This document shows positions 12,327 to 23,244 of a stretch of DNA of 34,418 bases, piece by piece. The stretch comes from Chiloscyllium plagiosum (lineage: Eukaryota). The DNA is taken from assembly GCF_004010195.1 (NCBI RefSeq), contig NC_057757.1, positions 5,969,202 through 6,003,619 on the forward strand, given 5' to 3'. The position numbers were made by a program, and so were the translations under genes. Below the pieces are notes generated by a model. The model was given only the letters and a program-made list of their open reading frames with translations. It was not told the DNA's origin and ran no database searches. How positions within the stretch are numbered: the first letter of the stretch is position 1; each line of letters starts with the position of its first letter.

Positions 12327-12645
12327 TTAGATTAGATTAGATTCCCTACAGTGTGGAAACAGGCCCTTCGGCCCAACAAGTCCACACCAACCCTCCGAAG
12401 AGTAACTCAATCAGACCCTTTTTCCCCCTGACTAACGCACCTAACCTGTGGGCAATTTAGCACGGCCGATTCACCTGACCTGCACGTCTTTGGACTGTGG
12501 GAGGAAACCGGAGCACCCGGAGGAAACCCACACAGACACGGGGAGAATGTGCAAACTCCACACAGTCAGTCGCCCGAGGGTGGAATTGAACCCGGGTCTC
12601 TGGCGCAGTGAGGCAGCAGTGCTAACCACTGAGCCACCATGCCAC
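12327..12645 (-). mobile_element. HE1-type SINE, tail-to-tail with the previous copy
   Basis: Reverse complement of the consensus. Confidence 0.9.
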
Positions 12646-13076
12646 ACCAAAAAGGTATCAGAATATAACATGTTAATAAGGCATAGGGCTTACTTACCTT
12701 TATTAGCCAAGGGATAGAGTTTAAGAGCAGGGATATTATGGTGGAATTGTATAAAATGTTGGTTAGGCCACAGCTAAAGTATTGCTTGCAGTTCTCAAAT
12801 TTCACATCGTAAAGTAAAGATAAACTCCCCATAGTCCAAGCAGATCATGGAACTGGTCTCACCACCAACTGGTGGTGGTTTAACCTGACGGTGACCACGC
12901 CTCAGGTGAGGGGACAGGTTGAGAAGGAGAATCCTTCACAGTTACGTCACTGAGCAGAAACTGAAAGCACTCCATTGGCATCATTGTGCATTGCAAACTA
13001 GCCATCGAATATAACGAAACCCTGTCAATCCCCATTCTAGGAAGCAGGTGATAGCACTGGACAGGTTACAGAGAAG

Positions 13077-13590
13077 ATTTACCAGGATGTTGCCCTGGGG
13101 CTGGAGGGATTTACCAGGATGTTGCCCTGGGGCTGGAGGGATTTACCAGGATGTTGCCCTGGGGATGGAGAGAGTTACCAGGATGTTGCCCTGGGGTTGG
13201 AGGGATTTACCAGGATGTTGTCCTGGGGCTGGAGGGATTTACCAGGATATTGCCCTGGGGCTGGAGGGATTTACCAGGATGTTGTCCTGGGGCTGGCGGG
13301 ATTTACCAGGATGTTGTCCTGGGGGTGAAGGGATTTACCAGGATGTTGCCCTGGGGCTGGAGGGATTTACCAGGATGTTGCCCTGGGGCTGGAGGGATTT
13401 ACCAGGATATTGCCCTGGGGCTGGAGGGATTTACCAGGATGTTGCCCTGGGGCTGGAGGGATTTACCAGGATGTTGTCCTGGGGCTGGAGGGATTTACCA
13501 GGATGTTGCCCTGGGGCTGGAGGGATTTACCAGGATGTTGTCCTGGGGCTGGAGGAATTTACCAGGATGTTGCCCTGGGGCTGGAGAGAT
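13077..13590 (+). repeat. 32-bp minisatellite (about 16 copies) expanded within a CR1 fragment (about 13035-13900)
   Basis: Unit accaggatgttgccctggggctggagggattt recurs at 13081, 13113 ... 13561; flanks read RLQRRFTRML and ERLDRLGMFSFE. Confidence 0.95.
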
Positions 13591-13904
13591 TCAGTGTTGA
13601 AGAGAGATTGGACAGACTGGGAATGTTTTCCTTTGAGTAGAGGGGATTGAGAGGGGAGCTGGTTGAGATGGATCAAGCTGAGGGGCACAGGCAGGAAGAA
13701 CCTTATCTCTTTGGGGAATTACAGGGGGGGGGGTGAGAGCGGGGGGAATAGATTTAAGGGAAAGTGCAGGAGGCTTCCAGGAGATGTGGAGACAATCGAT
13801 TTCTCCCAGAGGAGTGTGAAAGTGGAACTCGCTGTCTGTGAGGAGGGTAGGCGCAGAAGTCTTCAGAACATTTATCAAGTGTTTAGTTGTGATGCTAAGA
13901 CATA

Positions 13905-14570
13905 CATCATCATCGTCGTCGTCATCATCATCAGCGGCCCATCGTAGATGAGGGGGATTCACTTCCACCCTCAGCGCAAGTTGTGTAGGTGGCTGTACAC
14001 ACTGATACCGCTACGGCAGGGGCAGTTTGTGGTCATGGAGGGGGTGGGTGGGGTGTTGGTGTGGCAGCGTGCCCCTTCCTCCTTTTCCCCGACGGCAAGT
14101 CTCGAGGTGCTCCACACCTTCCTCCCATTTGGATGGTCTCGGGCCAGAGATTCCTGGGGAAGAGTGTGTGGGAACGCTGCACTTCCCCATTGAGGCCCTT
14201 GAGGGGCATCCTCTGTCCGCTTGGGGCTGGCCTGCCGTTTCGGAGGGCTCCTGGTCGGGGACTCTCGTGTGGGTCACATGGACGACGTGCCCAGCCCCCC
14301 ATCGTAGTCAGTCGAGGCAGGGGGGAGGGGGGTCAGTGCCTCGATATTGGGGATATTGGCTTGGTCGAGGATACTGGTGTTGGTGACTCTATCTTCCCAG
14401 CGGATTTGTAGGATGTAGCTCAGTCAGGATTGGTGGGACCGCTCCAGCACTTTGAGGAGCCCGCTGTAGACAGTCCGTATCTCAGAGCCATCCAGGAGGG
14501 TGGGAACCACCATAGCCCTGTATACCATGAGCTTGTTGTCAGATCTGATGTTATAGTCCTTGAAGACATA
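13905..14570 (-). mobile_element. RTE-clade LINE 3' fragment
   Basis: Minus-strand KLMVYRAMVVPTLL.GSE...LKVLER.HQ and ASMGKC...EGVEHLE; (GAT/GAC)n 3' tail at 13905-13933. Confidence 0.75.
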
Positions 14571-14838
14571 CAAGGGTATGGGCCAACTGCTGGGAAATGG
14601 GGTAAGAATAGTGAGGTGACTGTTTTTGACTGGCATGAAAGCAATGGGCCGAAGGGCCTTTTCCTGTAGAGATCCACACCTTTCTCGTGTAAAACACTGC
14701 AGAGACATGGAACCTCTCTCCCACTAAACATAGCGACGACTTGTTTAATTAATCGATTCAAAATCTGATAAAAAGTCAAGGACGTTAGGTGACACAAAGC
14801 CAAGATGGATGGCATTAAGACAATCTCATTGGCTCTCA

Positions 14839-15038
14839 TTTCCTCTGGAGGCTCCAGTTTCCTCCCACACTCCAAAGATGTGCAGGTTGGGGTGAATTGG
14901 CCACACTAAATTGCCCGTGGTGTTAGGTGCAGTAGTCAAAGGGAAATGGGTCTGGGTGGGTTACTCTTTGGAGGGTCGGTGAGGACTAGTTAGGCCGAAG
15001 GGCCTGTTTCCACACTGTAGGGAATCTATTCTGATCTA
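14839..15038 (+). mobile_element. HE1-type SINE, 3' half
   Basis: Consensus central domain and tail. Confidence 0.85.
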
Positions 15039-15051
15039 AAAGAAGCAGATG

Positions 15052-15500
15052 GGAGGCAATGGGGGTTTCATCGTGAAACGATTAACTCTACAGACCCAGG
15101 TAGTGTTCTGGGATATCTGAGTTGGAATCCCACTGGGGTAAATGGTGGAATTTGAACTCAGTTAAAAAATAAATCTGGAATTAAGAGTCTAATTGTCAGA
15201 TTTATTTTTTAAAAAATGCACCCAGATCAGTAATGCCATTGAGAGAAAGGAAATCTGCTGTCCTTACACAGTCTGACCTATGTGTGACCCAGTCCTGATG
15301 AAGGACTTCTGCCCGAAACGTCGATTTTCCTGCTCCTCGGATGCTGCCTGACCTGCTGCGCTTTTCCAGCGCCGCTCTGATCTAAACTATGTGTGACTCC
15401 AGATCCACAGCAATATCGGGGACTCTTCACTGCACTGTGGGCGATTAGGGACGGGCTAATTAATGCAGGACTAGCCAGTGATGCCCACATCGCGTGAATG
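15052..15500 (+). mobile_element. Second tRNA-like SINE family, interrupted by a Penelope-like fragment
   Basis: ggtggaatttgaa...aaatctggaattaagagtct...ggaaatctgc..tcctta...atgtgactccaga.ccacagcaa core. Related copies at about 4200-4360 (-), 11360-11710 (-), 18800-19470 (-), 19500-19790 (+), 21730-21990 (-) and 28225-28440 (+). Confidence 0.65.
15293..15386 (+). mobile_element. Penelope-like family A fragment beginning with a hammerhead core
   Basis: tc-CTGATGA-a-GGAC ttct GCCC-GAAA-CGTC-gatt, flanked by the duplication ctatgtgtgac(t)ccag at 15278-15292 and 15387-15402. Confidence 0.65.
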
Positions 15501-15764
15501 TCATACAGCAAAGGCAAAAGGAACTTTCATACCGGGAGTCACAGCGATAGCTGGGGTAGGGCTGGAGAGGGAAATTGCAAAGATCTGGAGATATAGGAGA
15601 GGTGTGGGTGACAAGAGGGACGACTTGGATGGATGTTTCAAAGGGTCAGGACGAGAACAATGGGGTTGGGTTGAACATGTGAAGACTGGGCTGGTGCCAA
15701 GACGGAAACTGAGTTTGACAGAGACCTTTGGACGCCCCGTTATCGGCTCGGGTTAGTGCTGGGC

Positions 15765-15926
15765 TGTGATTTAATCCTCCTGGAGGTTAATGTGTGCAAT
15801 AAAACCATACCAAGATGCAATTAAAGATTGGTAAGGCCACACCTTTGGTGATTAAGCGCCTTTAAAGCTGCCAGTGACCCTCGGGTGCTGCTATTTCGTC
15901 ACGCCCCGAGACTGTGGGTGCTGCAA
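15765..15926 (+). promoter_or_regulatory. Candidate proximal promoter / 5' UTR of the ZAN-like gene
   Basis: Non-repeat sequence directly upstream of the ATG with TATA-like TTTAAAG (15861), ATTGG (15827), GCAATAAAA (15796), GGTTAAT (15785) and TAATCC (about 15772). Motif inspection only. Confidence 0.4.
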
Positions 15927-15994
15927 ATGGGCCGCTCCAAGTTCCAATTTTTGAAGACTTTGGCTTTTCTCGCGTTGAGTGTCGGGCATGTGAG
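15927..15994 (+). CDS. ZAN: Zonadhesin-like gene, first coding exon (signal peptide)
   Basis: ATG (caaATGg) MGRSKFQFLKTLAFLALSVGHV: basic n-region plus hydrophobic core. Ends at a perfect donor AG|gtgagt in phase 2, exactly the phase needed by the 22153 exon. Confidence 0.72.
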
Positions 15995-16413
15995 GTGAGT
16001 ATCCAGAATCAACTCGTTGGCAAGGGGGAGGGTGGTCTTGTTGTTGACTCGTCCCTCACTCTTCTGGTCGAGATTTGAGTTGGATGTCGTCCCTCTCTGC
16101 CCGGACTGGGCTGGCGTTTCCCCAATTTGTTCACGGTTATGTCAGGCGGAGTTGCCATCACCTCACTGGCCCACACCATCACCAGCTTGTGAGCTCCAAG
16201 GGCGAGGGAGGCCTCACTGGGATACCCCGGCTGTTCACATTCCAAGGAAGGCTCACCGTGTCCGAAACGTCAACTCTGACCTCTCCCCACAGATGCTGCC
16301 AGGGCCTGCTGAGCTTTACCAGCAACTTCTTGTCGAGTTATCCCCCCCCCCCCCTTCACTGATGACTTGTTAAAATAAAATTTCCGAGGAGGTAAGCCAT
16401 AGCTAGCAAGCCT

Positions 16414-16695
16414 GGCGGCACAGCGGCTCAGTGGTTAGCACTGCTGCCTCACAGCACCAGGGTCCCAGGTTCGATTCCAGCCTCGGGCGACTGTCTGTGT
16501 GGAGTTTACACATTCTCCCAGTGTCTGCGTGGGTTTCCTCCCACAATCCAAAGGTGAATTAGCCATGTTAAATTGCCCCATAGTATTAGATACATTAGTC
16601 AGAGGGAAATGGGTCTGGGTGGGTTACTCTTCGGAGGATCAGTGTCGACTGGTTGGGCCGAAGGGCCTGTTTCCACACTGTAGGGAATCTAATCT
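16414..16695 (+). mobile_element. HE1-type SINE
   Basis: Consensus with internal deletions. Confidence 0.9.
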
Positions 16696-17654
16696 TATAA
16701 CATTGAGAAGGTGGGGATGAGGAACCTTCTTTGACCCACTCGCAGTGCTCTCCTGGGTTTTGACTCAGTCACAGTAAAGAATTAAAAGCAGGAGGAGGCC
16801 ACTCGGCCCCTCTGGCATTCGATAAACTCATGGCTGAGTAAACTGTGGTTTCAACTGCTTGTTTCTGTGACCCCTTTTTTAGCCGAGAACCCATCTCCGT
16901 CCAAAGTATCCGATGATCTCCATCTCCACAGGTCTCTGTGATCACATGACCCTCTGAGAGAAAAGGAAATCTCTCTCTTATCGATCAAAAATTCATTTAA
17001 ATAAGCTTTACAAGCACCCCACCTCCACTTACTTTCTAGGGAAAAGAAACCTAAAAACTAACGACCCTCTGAGAGTAGAAACGTTTCCCCGTCTCCTTCC
17101 TCAACTGGCCGGCACATTTCTGTGTTGTAGTCTCATCACTTAAAAGCAAGCAAGCAAGAGGAAATGTCATGCGAGCTTTGCCCCCGTTGTCACTGAGATT
17201 TAAAAGCTACCATTACTGAGAGTGATTCAAAGTGTACAGTTTGAATAACGTGTTTCTTCTGAATCATAGTCTCACTCAGCATTACCACTGCACTCTGTTC
17301 CCAGCCAGATATAGACCCATTTATATAATTCAGTCACTTCCAAATGTGGCTGGGCACTGTCATCCCACTAATTGCTTGGAAGAGGCTCTTGCTATGTTGG
17401 CAAGTGCAGCGGCTGTCCTGCACACAGCGATCTCCCAGCCTCAGCACCACACTGAAGGATTACTTTCATCTGCTCTTGAACTGGAGCTGCTCTTCCAAGG
17501 GAGCTCTGCTGACCCTGGCACTGGGAATGTTTGCTTGCTGTTCCCAGTAGGTAGCTGGCAGTCAGTCTGTGTGTGGGACAGGTGGGAGAGTTTCAGAGTT
17601 TCAGTCAGTAACAGTGGGGCTGATGGAGATAAAAATGTAATTACACAACCTTGG

Positions 17655-18520
17655 TGTCTGTATATCTGTGTGTGTGTGTCTGTGTGTGTGGGTGTGTGTG
17701 TGTGGGTGTGTGTGGGTGTGTGTGTGTGNNNNNNNNNNNNNNNNNNNNNNNNNNNNNNNNNNNNNNNNNNNNNNNNNNNNNNNNNNNNNNNNNNNNNNNN
17801 NNNNNNNNNNNNNNNNNNNNNNNNNNNNNNNNNNNNNNNNNNNNNNNNNNNNNNNNNNNNNNNNNNNNNNNNNNNNNNNNNNNNNNNNNNNNNNNNNNNN
17901 NNNNNNNNNNNNNNNNNNNNNNNNNNNNNNNNNNNNNNNNNNNNNNNNNNNNNNNNNNNNNNNNNNNNNNNNNNNNNNNNNNNNNNNNNNNNNNNNNNNN
18001 NNNNNNNNNNNNNNNNNNNNNNNNNNNNNNNNNNNNNNNNNNNNNNNNNNNNNNNNNNNNNNNNNNNNNNNNNNNNNNNNNNNNNNNNNNNNNNNNNNNN
18101 NNNNNNNNNNNNNNNNNNNNNNNNNNNNNNNNNNNNNNNNNNNNNNNNNNNNNNNNNNNNNNNNNNNNNNNNNNNNNNNNNNNNNNNNNNNNNNNNNNNN
18201 NNNNNNNNNNNNNNNNNNNNNNNNNNNNNNNNNNNNNNNNNNNNNNNNNNNNNNNNNNNNNNNNNNNNNNNNNNNNNNNNNNNNNNNNNNNNNNNNNNNN
18301 NNNNNNNNNNNNNNNNNNNNNNGTGTGTGAGAGCAAGTATGTGTGTGTGTGAGAGAGCAAGTATTTGAGTGTGTGTGAGAGAGTGAGTGTGAGAGAGTGA
18401 GTGTGTGTCTGTGTGAGAGAGAGAGTGAGTGTATGTGTGAGAGAGAGTGAGTGTGTGTGTGTGCCTGTGTGTGAGAGAGAGAGAAAGAGAATGTGTCTGT
18501 GTGTGTATCTGTGTGTGCAC
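17655..18520. repeat. (TG)n/(GA)n compound microsatellite spanning a 594-N gap (17729-18322)
   Basis: Directly visible. Confidence 0.95.
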
Positions 18521-19071
18521 TATCTCTGTATCTACTTAATCAGAAAATGGTGAACAGTGTGAGTGGGAACCGCTATGGTCAGTTGGCAGATCACACAGGC
18601 ACATTAATCTCGGGACAGTCTGATTGCTTGTATTCAAAATGTTTGATAGTACAGTACAGAAACAGGCCATTCAGCCTGACAGATCAATGTTGGCATTTAC
18701 TCTTCCCCCATTTTACCTCACCCTATCTTCCTTTATTTAGCTTCCTCTTAGCATCTGTCCCACTTGCTTCCTTTGGACTGGGACAGTGACTTTTTGTAAT
18801 TCACTCATGGATGTCACAACTTCTCTGACTAGGCAGAATTTGTTGCCCATCCCTAATTGCCCAGAGGATAGTTAAGAGTTAACCACATTGCTGTGGGTCT
18901 GGAGTCACATGTTGGCCAGACCAGGTAAGGATGGCAGATTTCCTTCCCTCACGGATAATAGGTTTTCCCGGTATTTGGCAATGGTGGTCACGAGACTCTT
19001 AACTTCAGATTATTTTTATTTAATTCAAATTCCACCCACGGCGAGATTCAAACCCAGGTCCCCAGAACATT

Positions 19072-19414
19072 GGCAGCACGGTGACTCAGTGGTTAGCACT
19101 GCTGCCTCACAGCACCAGGGTCCCCGGTTTGATTCCAGCCTCGGGTGACTGTCTGTGTGGAGTTTGCACATTCTCCTCGTGTCTGCGTGGGTTTCCTCCG
19201 AGTGCTCCGGTTTCCTCCCACAGTCCAAAGATGTGCAGGTTAGGGTGGATCGGCCGTGGGAAATTACCCATACAGTGTTCAGAGATGTGTAGGTTAGGTG
19301 CATTAGTCTGGGTAAATATAGGGTAGGGGAATGGGTTTGGGTGAGAGACTCTTTAGAGAGTCGATGTGGACTTGTTGAGCCAACTGGCCTGTTTCCACAT
19401 TATAGGGATTCTAT
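19072..19414 (+). mobile_element. HE1-type SINE nested in a minus-strand SINE of the second family
   Basis: Full consensus; the host resumes at ttagctgagtttctggattaat. Confidence 0.88.
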
Positions 19415-19864
19415 TAAAAAAAATTAGCTGAGTTTCTGGATTAATACTGTAAATAGTGAAAATACCACCAGCTCATCACTCCCCCTTTAACCCCCAGAAT
19501 GGCAATCTGAGAATATTCCGGGAGGGGCAGTTTTAAATCCCGTAGCGGCTGGCAGAATTCCGTTAATAAAATGTGCAATATAAAGCCAGTCTCAGACTGG
19601 GACACCTTTTATTGATGGTTGCAAAAACACCCCACAGATTCGCGAAAGACCTTGAGGGAAGGGAAACGGATCAGTGTCTAGCCTACATGTGACTCCAGAC
19701 CCACAGCAAAGTGGTTGACTCCGAACTGCCCTCTCAGGTCAAGGGGGGCCAGGGACTTTGGGCCTTGCTAGCGGTGCCCATATCTGATGCGAAACATAAA
19801 GAGAGTTTTACAATCCTCATCAATGTGAAATCTCTGCTGTAAATTGGGGAAATTCTTGCTCAAA

Positions 19865-20640
19865 TGAATATGGCGTACAGCACGGAAACAGACCCTTCGG
19901 CCCAACCCGTCCATGCCGACCAGATATCCCAACCCAATCTAGTCCCACCTGCCAGCACCCAGCCCTTATCCCTCCAAACCCTTCCTATTCATACACCCAT
20001 CCAAATGCCTCTTAAATGTTGCAATTGTACCAGCCTCCACCACATCCTCTGGCAGCTCATTCCATACACACACCACCCTCTGTGTGAAAAAGCTACCCCT
20101 TAGGTCTCTTTTATATCTTACCTCTCTCACCCTAAACCTATGCCCTCTAGTTTTGGACTCCCCTACCCTGGGGAAAAAGACCTTGTCTGTTCACCCTATC
20201 TCTGCCCATCATGATTTGGAGGTGCCGGTGTTGGACTGGGGTGTACAAAGTTAACTATCACACAACACCAGGTTATAGTCCAACAGGTTTATTTGGCAGC
20301 ACTAGCTTTCAGAACGCTGCCCTGTATACTCCACAACCCCCTGGTGAAGGAGCAGCGCTCCGAAAGCTAGTGCTTCCAAATAAACCTGTTAGACCATAAC
20401 CTGGTGTTGTGTGATTTTTAACCCTGTCCGTCGTGATTTTACAAACCTCTATAAGGTCACCCCTCAGCCTCCGACGCTCCAGGGAAAACAGCCCCATCCT
20501 GTTCGGCCTCTCCCTGTAGCTCAAATCCTCCAACCCTGGCAACATCCTTGTAAATCGTTTCTGAACCCTTTCAAGTTTCGCAACATCCTTCCTGTAGCAG
20601 GGAGAGCGGAACTGAACGCAGTATTCCAAAAAGTGGCCGA
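19865..20640 (-). mobile_element. CR1 LINE 3' end with a family B palindromic insert (20209-20428)
   Basis: LEYCVQF.SPCYRKDV.KLERVQKRFTRMLPGLEDLSYRER...LFSLERRRLRGDLIEV.KI on the minus strand. Confidence 0.9.
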
Positions 20641-20767
20641 ACCAATATCCTGCACAGGCCACTTAATGAAGCCTCTTTGGAATTTTTTCCTCAGTGGAAG
20701 TTGGATCATTAAATGCATTCAAGGCTGAGTTAGAGGGGTTTCTGATTGACAAGACAGTCAGGAGTTA

Positions 20768-21075
20768 TTAGATTAGATTGCTTACAGTGTGGAAACAGGC
20801 TCTTCGGCCCAACAAGCCCTCACCGGCCCTCTGGAGAGCAGCCCACCCAGACCCATTCTCCTACACCTAACACTACGGACAATTTAGCATGGCCAATTCA
20901 CCCTGACCTGCACATCTTTGGACTGTGGCAGGAAACCGGAGCACCCGGAGGAAACCCACGCAGACACGGGGAGAATGCGCAAACGCCACACAGTCAGTCG
21001 CCTGAGGCGGGAATTGAACCCGGGTCCCTGGCGCTGTGAGGCAGCAGTGCTAACCACTGTGTCACCGTGCCGCCC
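20768..21075 (-). mobile_element. HE1-type SINE
   Basis: Reverse complement of the consensus. Confidence 0.9.
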
Positions 21076-21371
21076 TGGAGAGGCTGGGTGTACCTGGGGA
21101 AGGATGTGGGGGGAGGGGTGGTGGATGACAGGAACATGGAGCCAAGTGTTCAGTCAGGTCAGAAATGACCTTATCACACGGTAGAAGAGGTCCAAGAGGC
21201 CAAATGGCCCGCTTCAATTCCTTATGACTTGACATCTTAAGTGTCTTGTCAAGTGTGGGATGCCTGTTTTTTAATCTTATTGCTTCTGTAGGATGTGGCC
21301 TTCACTGACAAGGTGAACAATTATCCCCCTGTACTGAGTGATTTACTCAACCATTTCACAGGAACGGCAGC

Positions 21372-21705
21372 CGGGGTTTGAGGGTTTGAGCTGCAGGGAG
21401 AGGCTGAATAGGCTGGGGCTGTTTCCCCCTGGAGCGTCGGAGGCTGAGGGGTGAGGCTTGTAAAATCATGAGAGGGGCACGGATAGGGTGAATAGCCATG
21501 GTCTTTTTCCCCAGGATTAGGGGAGTCTAAAACTGGAGGATGTGGTGGAGGCTGGTACAATGACAACATTTCAAAGGCATCTGCATGGGTATATGAATAG
21601 GAAGGGGTTCAGAGGGATATGGGCCAATGGAACCAGATTTATTTAGGATACCTGGTCGGCGTTGAGAGTTGGACCGAAGGGTCTGTTTCCGTGCTGTATG
21701 ACTCC
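21372..21705 (+). mobile_element. CR1 LINE 3' fragment
   Basis: ctggagcgtcggaggctgaggggtga and tail ttggaccgaagggtctgtttccgtgctgtatgactc. Confidence 0.8.
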
Positions 21706-22152
21706 GTTTGCTCTGCGGCGGCTGAGAGTCAGCCATGTTGGTGTGGGTCTGGAGTCACGTGTAGGCCAGACCAAGTAAGGGTGAAAGGTTCCCCTCCTTA
21801 AAGGAGGCATGTGAACCAGTTAGGGATTTTTTTTTCCTCACTCTCAGACAACAATCAGCCACCACTGTCAAGCTCCCCCTCACCAAAGCTAGACCCTCGG
21901 TTCCAGATGTATTAATTTCGCCAGCGACTGTGACAAGATTTGAACCCATGATCCCACAGCATTGGCCAGGCCCATTGGGTTATGGGTCGAGTGGCATTCC
22001 ACCACTGTTGCTTCTCCTTGCGCCCCCCTCCCCATCCCAAACCGATGTTGTTGGGTGAGCACACCAGGGACAGGCCCGTTGCCATGGAGATTTTACTTGA
22101 CTGCCCCAGCGTTCAGGAATAACCCTGATCTTTTCCTTCTCTTCCCTTGCAG

Positions 22153-22196
22153 AACGTCTTCTCCCCAGGATTGCCATGGAGATGGCCCTGTTAAAG
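22153..22196 (+). CDS. ZAN: Zonadhesin-like gene, short linker exon
   Basis: Long polypyrimidine acceptor tttttccttctcttcccttgcag|, donor AAG|gtacgg. 44 bp, phase 2-1, encoding (R)TSSPQDCHGDGPVK; joins the signal exon to the MAM1 exon in frame. Confidence 0.7.
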
Positions 22197-22387
22197 GTAC
22201 GGTGGGGGCAGGGAGGCCGGGTGGGGAAGACATGACCGACTGTCAGGCAGCATTGGCATAGAGAACTGAGATGTCTCCTGCCTGAGGACTGGGAGACAGT
22301 TCAAGCCTTAACATCCTCAATGACTAGATTTCATTGAGAATAGCTGACTTGTACTCACTGGGTTTGTAATGGGTTACCAAACTAGCA

Positions 22388-22535
22388 AGGAGTCAAGATT
22401 AGAGTGGTGCTGGAATGAGGATGAGGCTATTGCCTGAAACGTCGATTCTCCTGCTCCTCGGATACTGCCCGACCTGCTGTGCTTTTCCAGCACCACACTC
22501 TCGACTCTAATCTCCAGCAGTGCCCACTCTCGCTT
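22388..22535. mobile_element. Penelope-like family A remnant, degenerate, with a short inverted arm
   Basis: gaaacgtcgattctcctgctcctcggat.ctgcc.gacctgctgtgcttttccagcaccac. Confidence 0.6.
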
Positions 22536-22614
22536 ACTTTAAACTAGCGCGGCGTTCCCGTTGCCAAGTGGGGGAAAGGGACAAATCTATGGAAAATGAC
22601 AGACAAAACGGACG

Positions 22615-22850
22615 CAAAAAACGGAAATTGCTGGAAAAGCTCAGCAGGTCTGGCAGCATCCGGGGAGAGAAATCAGAGTTAATGTTTTGGGGTTGAGTGA
22701 CCCTTCCTCGGAACTGTTCTGTCCTCAGTTCTGAGGAAGGGTCACTCAAGCCGAAACGTTAACTCTGATTTCTCTCCCCAGATGCTGCCAGACCTGCTGA
22801 GCTTTTCCAGCAATTTCTCTTTCTGATTTACAGCGTCCCCAGTTTCCTCA
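22615..22850. mobile_element. Palindromic Penelope-like remnant, family C, with a hammerhead-like core at 22727-22764
   Basis: Long inverted arms (gaaattgctggaaaagctcagcaggtctggcagcatc...); agtt-CTGAGGA-a-gggtcactcaagcc-GAAA-CGTT-aact. Related copies at about 24020-24210 and 16245-16330. Confidence 0.62.
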
Positions 22851-23244
22851 ATTTTTACTCAGACAAAAATGGCTGGCCATTCCCTTCAGTGGGCCCCGTG
22901 CTAACCTGGAAATGACTCCAAATTTCAATTAGAGGAGCGCAGTAAAGCTGATCTATCCTCTTTAGGATAAAGTGAAAACTACCTTTTACCTTCCACTCTC
23001 CCGGGTACAGAGGGACTCTTACTGACATGACCTTGCTTTTCCCCAATTGATTACTGCTCTTAATCACAGCGAGAGCATTAGCACATGCACACGCCGAGTC
23101 AAGAGACCGGGATTCACATCCCATCCTCATGAGCAATGCATCATCATACGTTTGCACGGGTTACTTAGAAATTATTTAGTGTACACACATTCAACCGACA
23201 AAGAATTTGTAACACTAGCACTCCAACCTGACTCTTTCGAAGGT

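Noticed and set aside
13048..13650. 200-aa and 149-aa Cys/Gly/Trp repeat ORFs
   Set aside because: Translations of a 32-bp tandem repeat within a dead CR1; no splice or gene context.
20341..20372. Functional hammerhead in the second family B copy
   Set aside because: Core is mutated to CUGGUGA, so it is probably inactive; the 22420 and 24130 copies are also degenerate.
22176..22196. gccATGg in the 44-bp exon as the ZAN start codon
   Set aside because: That frame (MEMALLK) ends in phase 0 and is out of frame with the phase-1 MAM exon.
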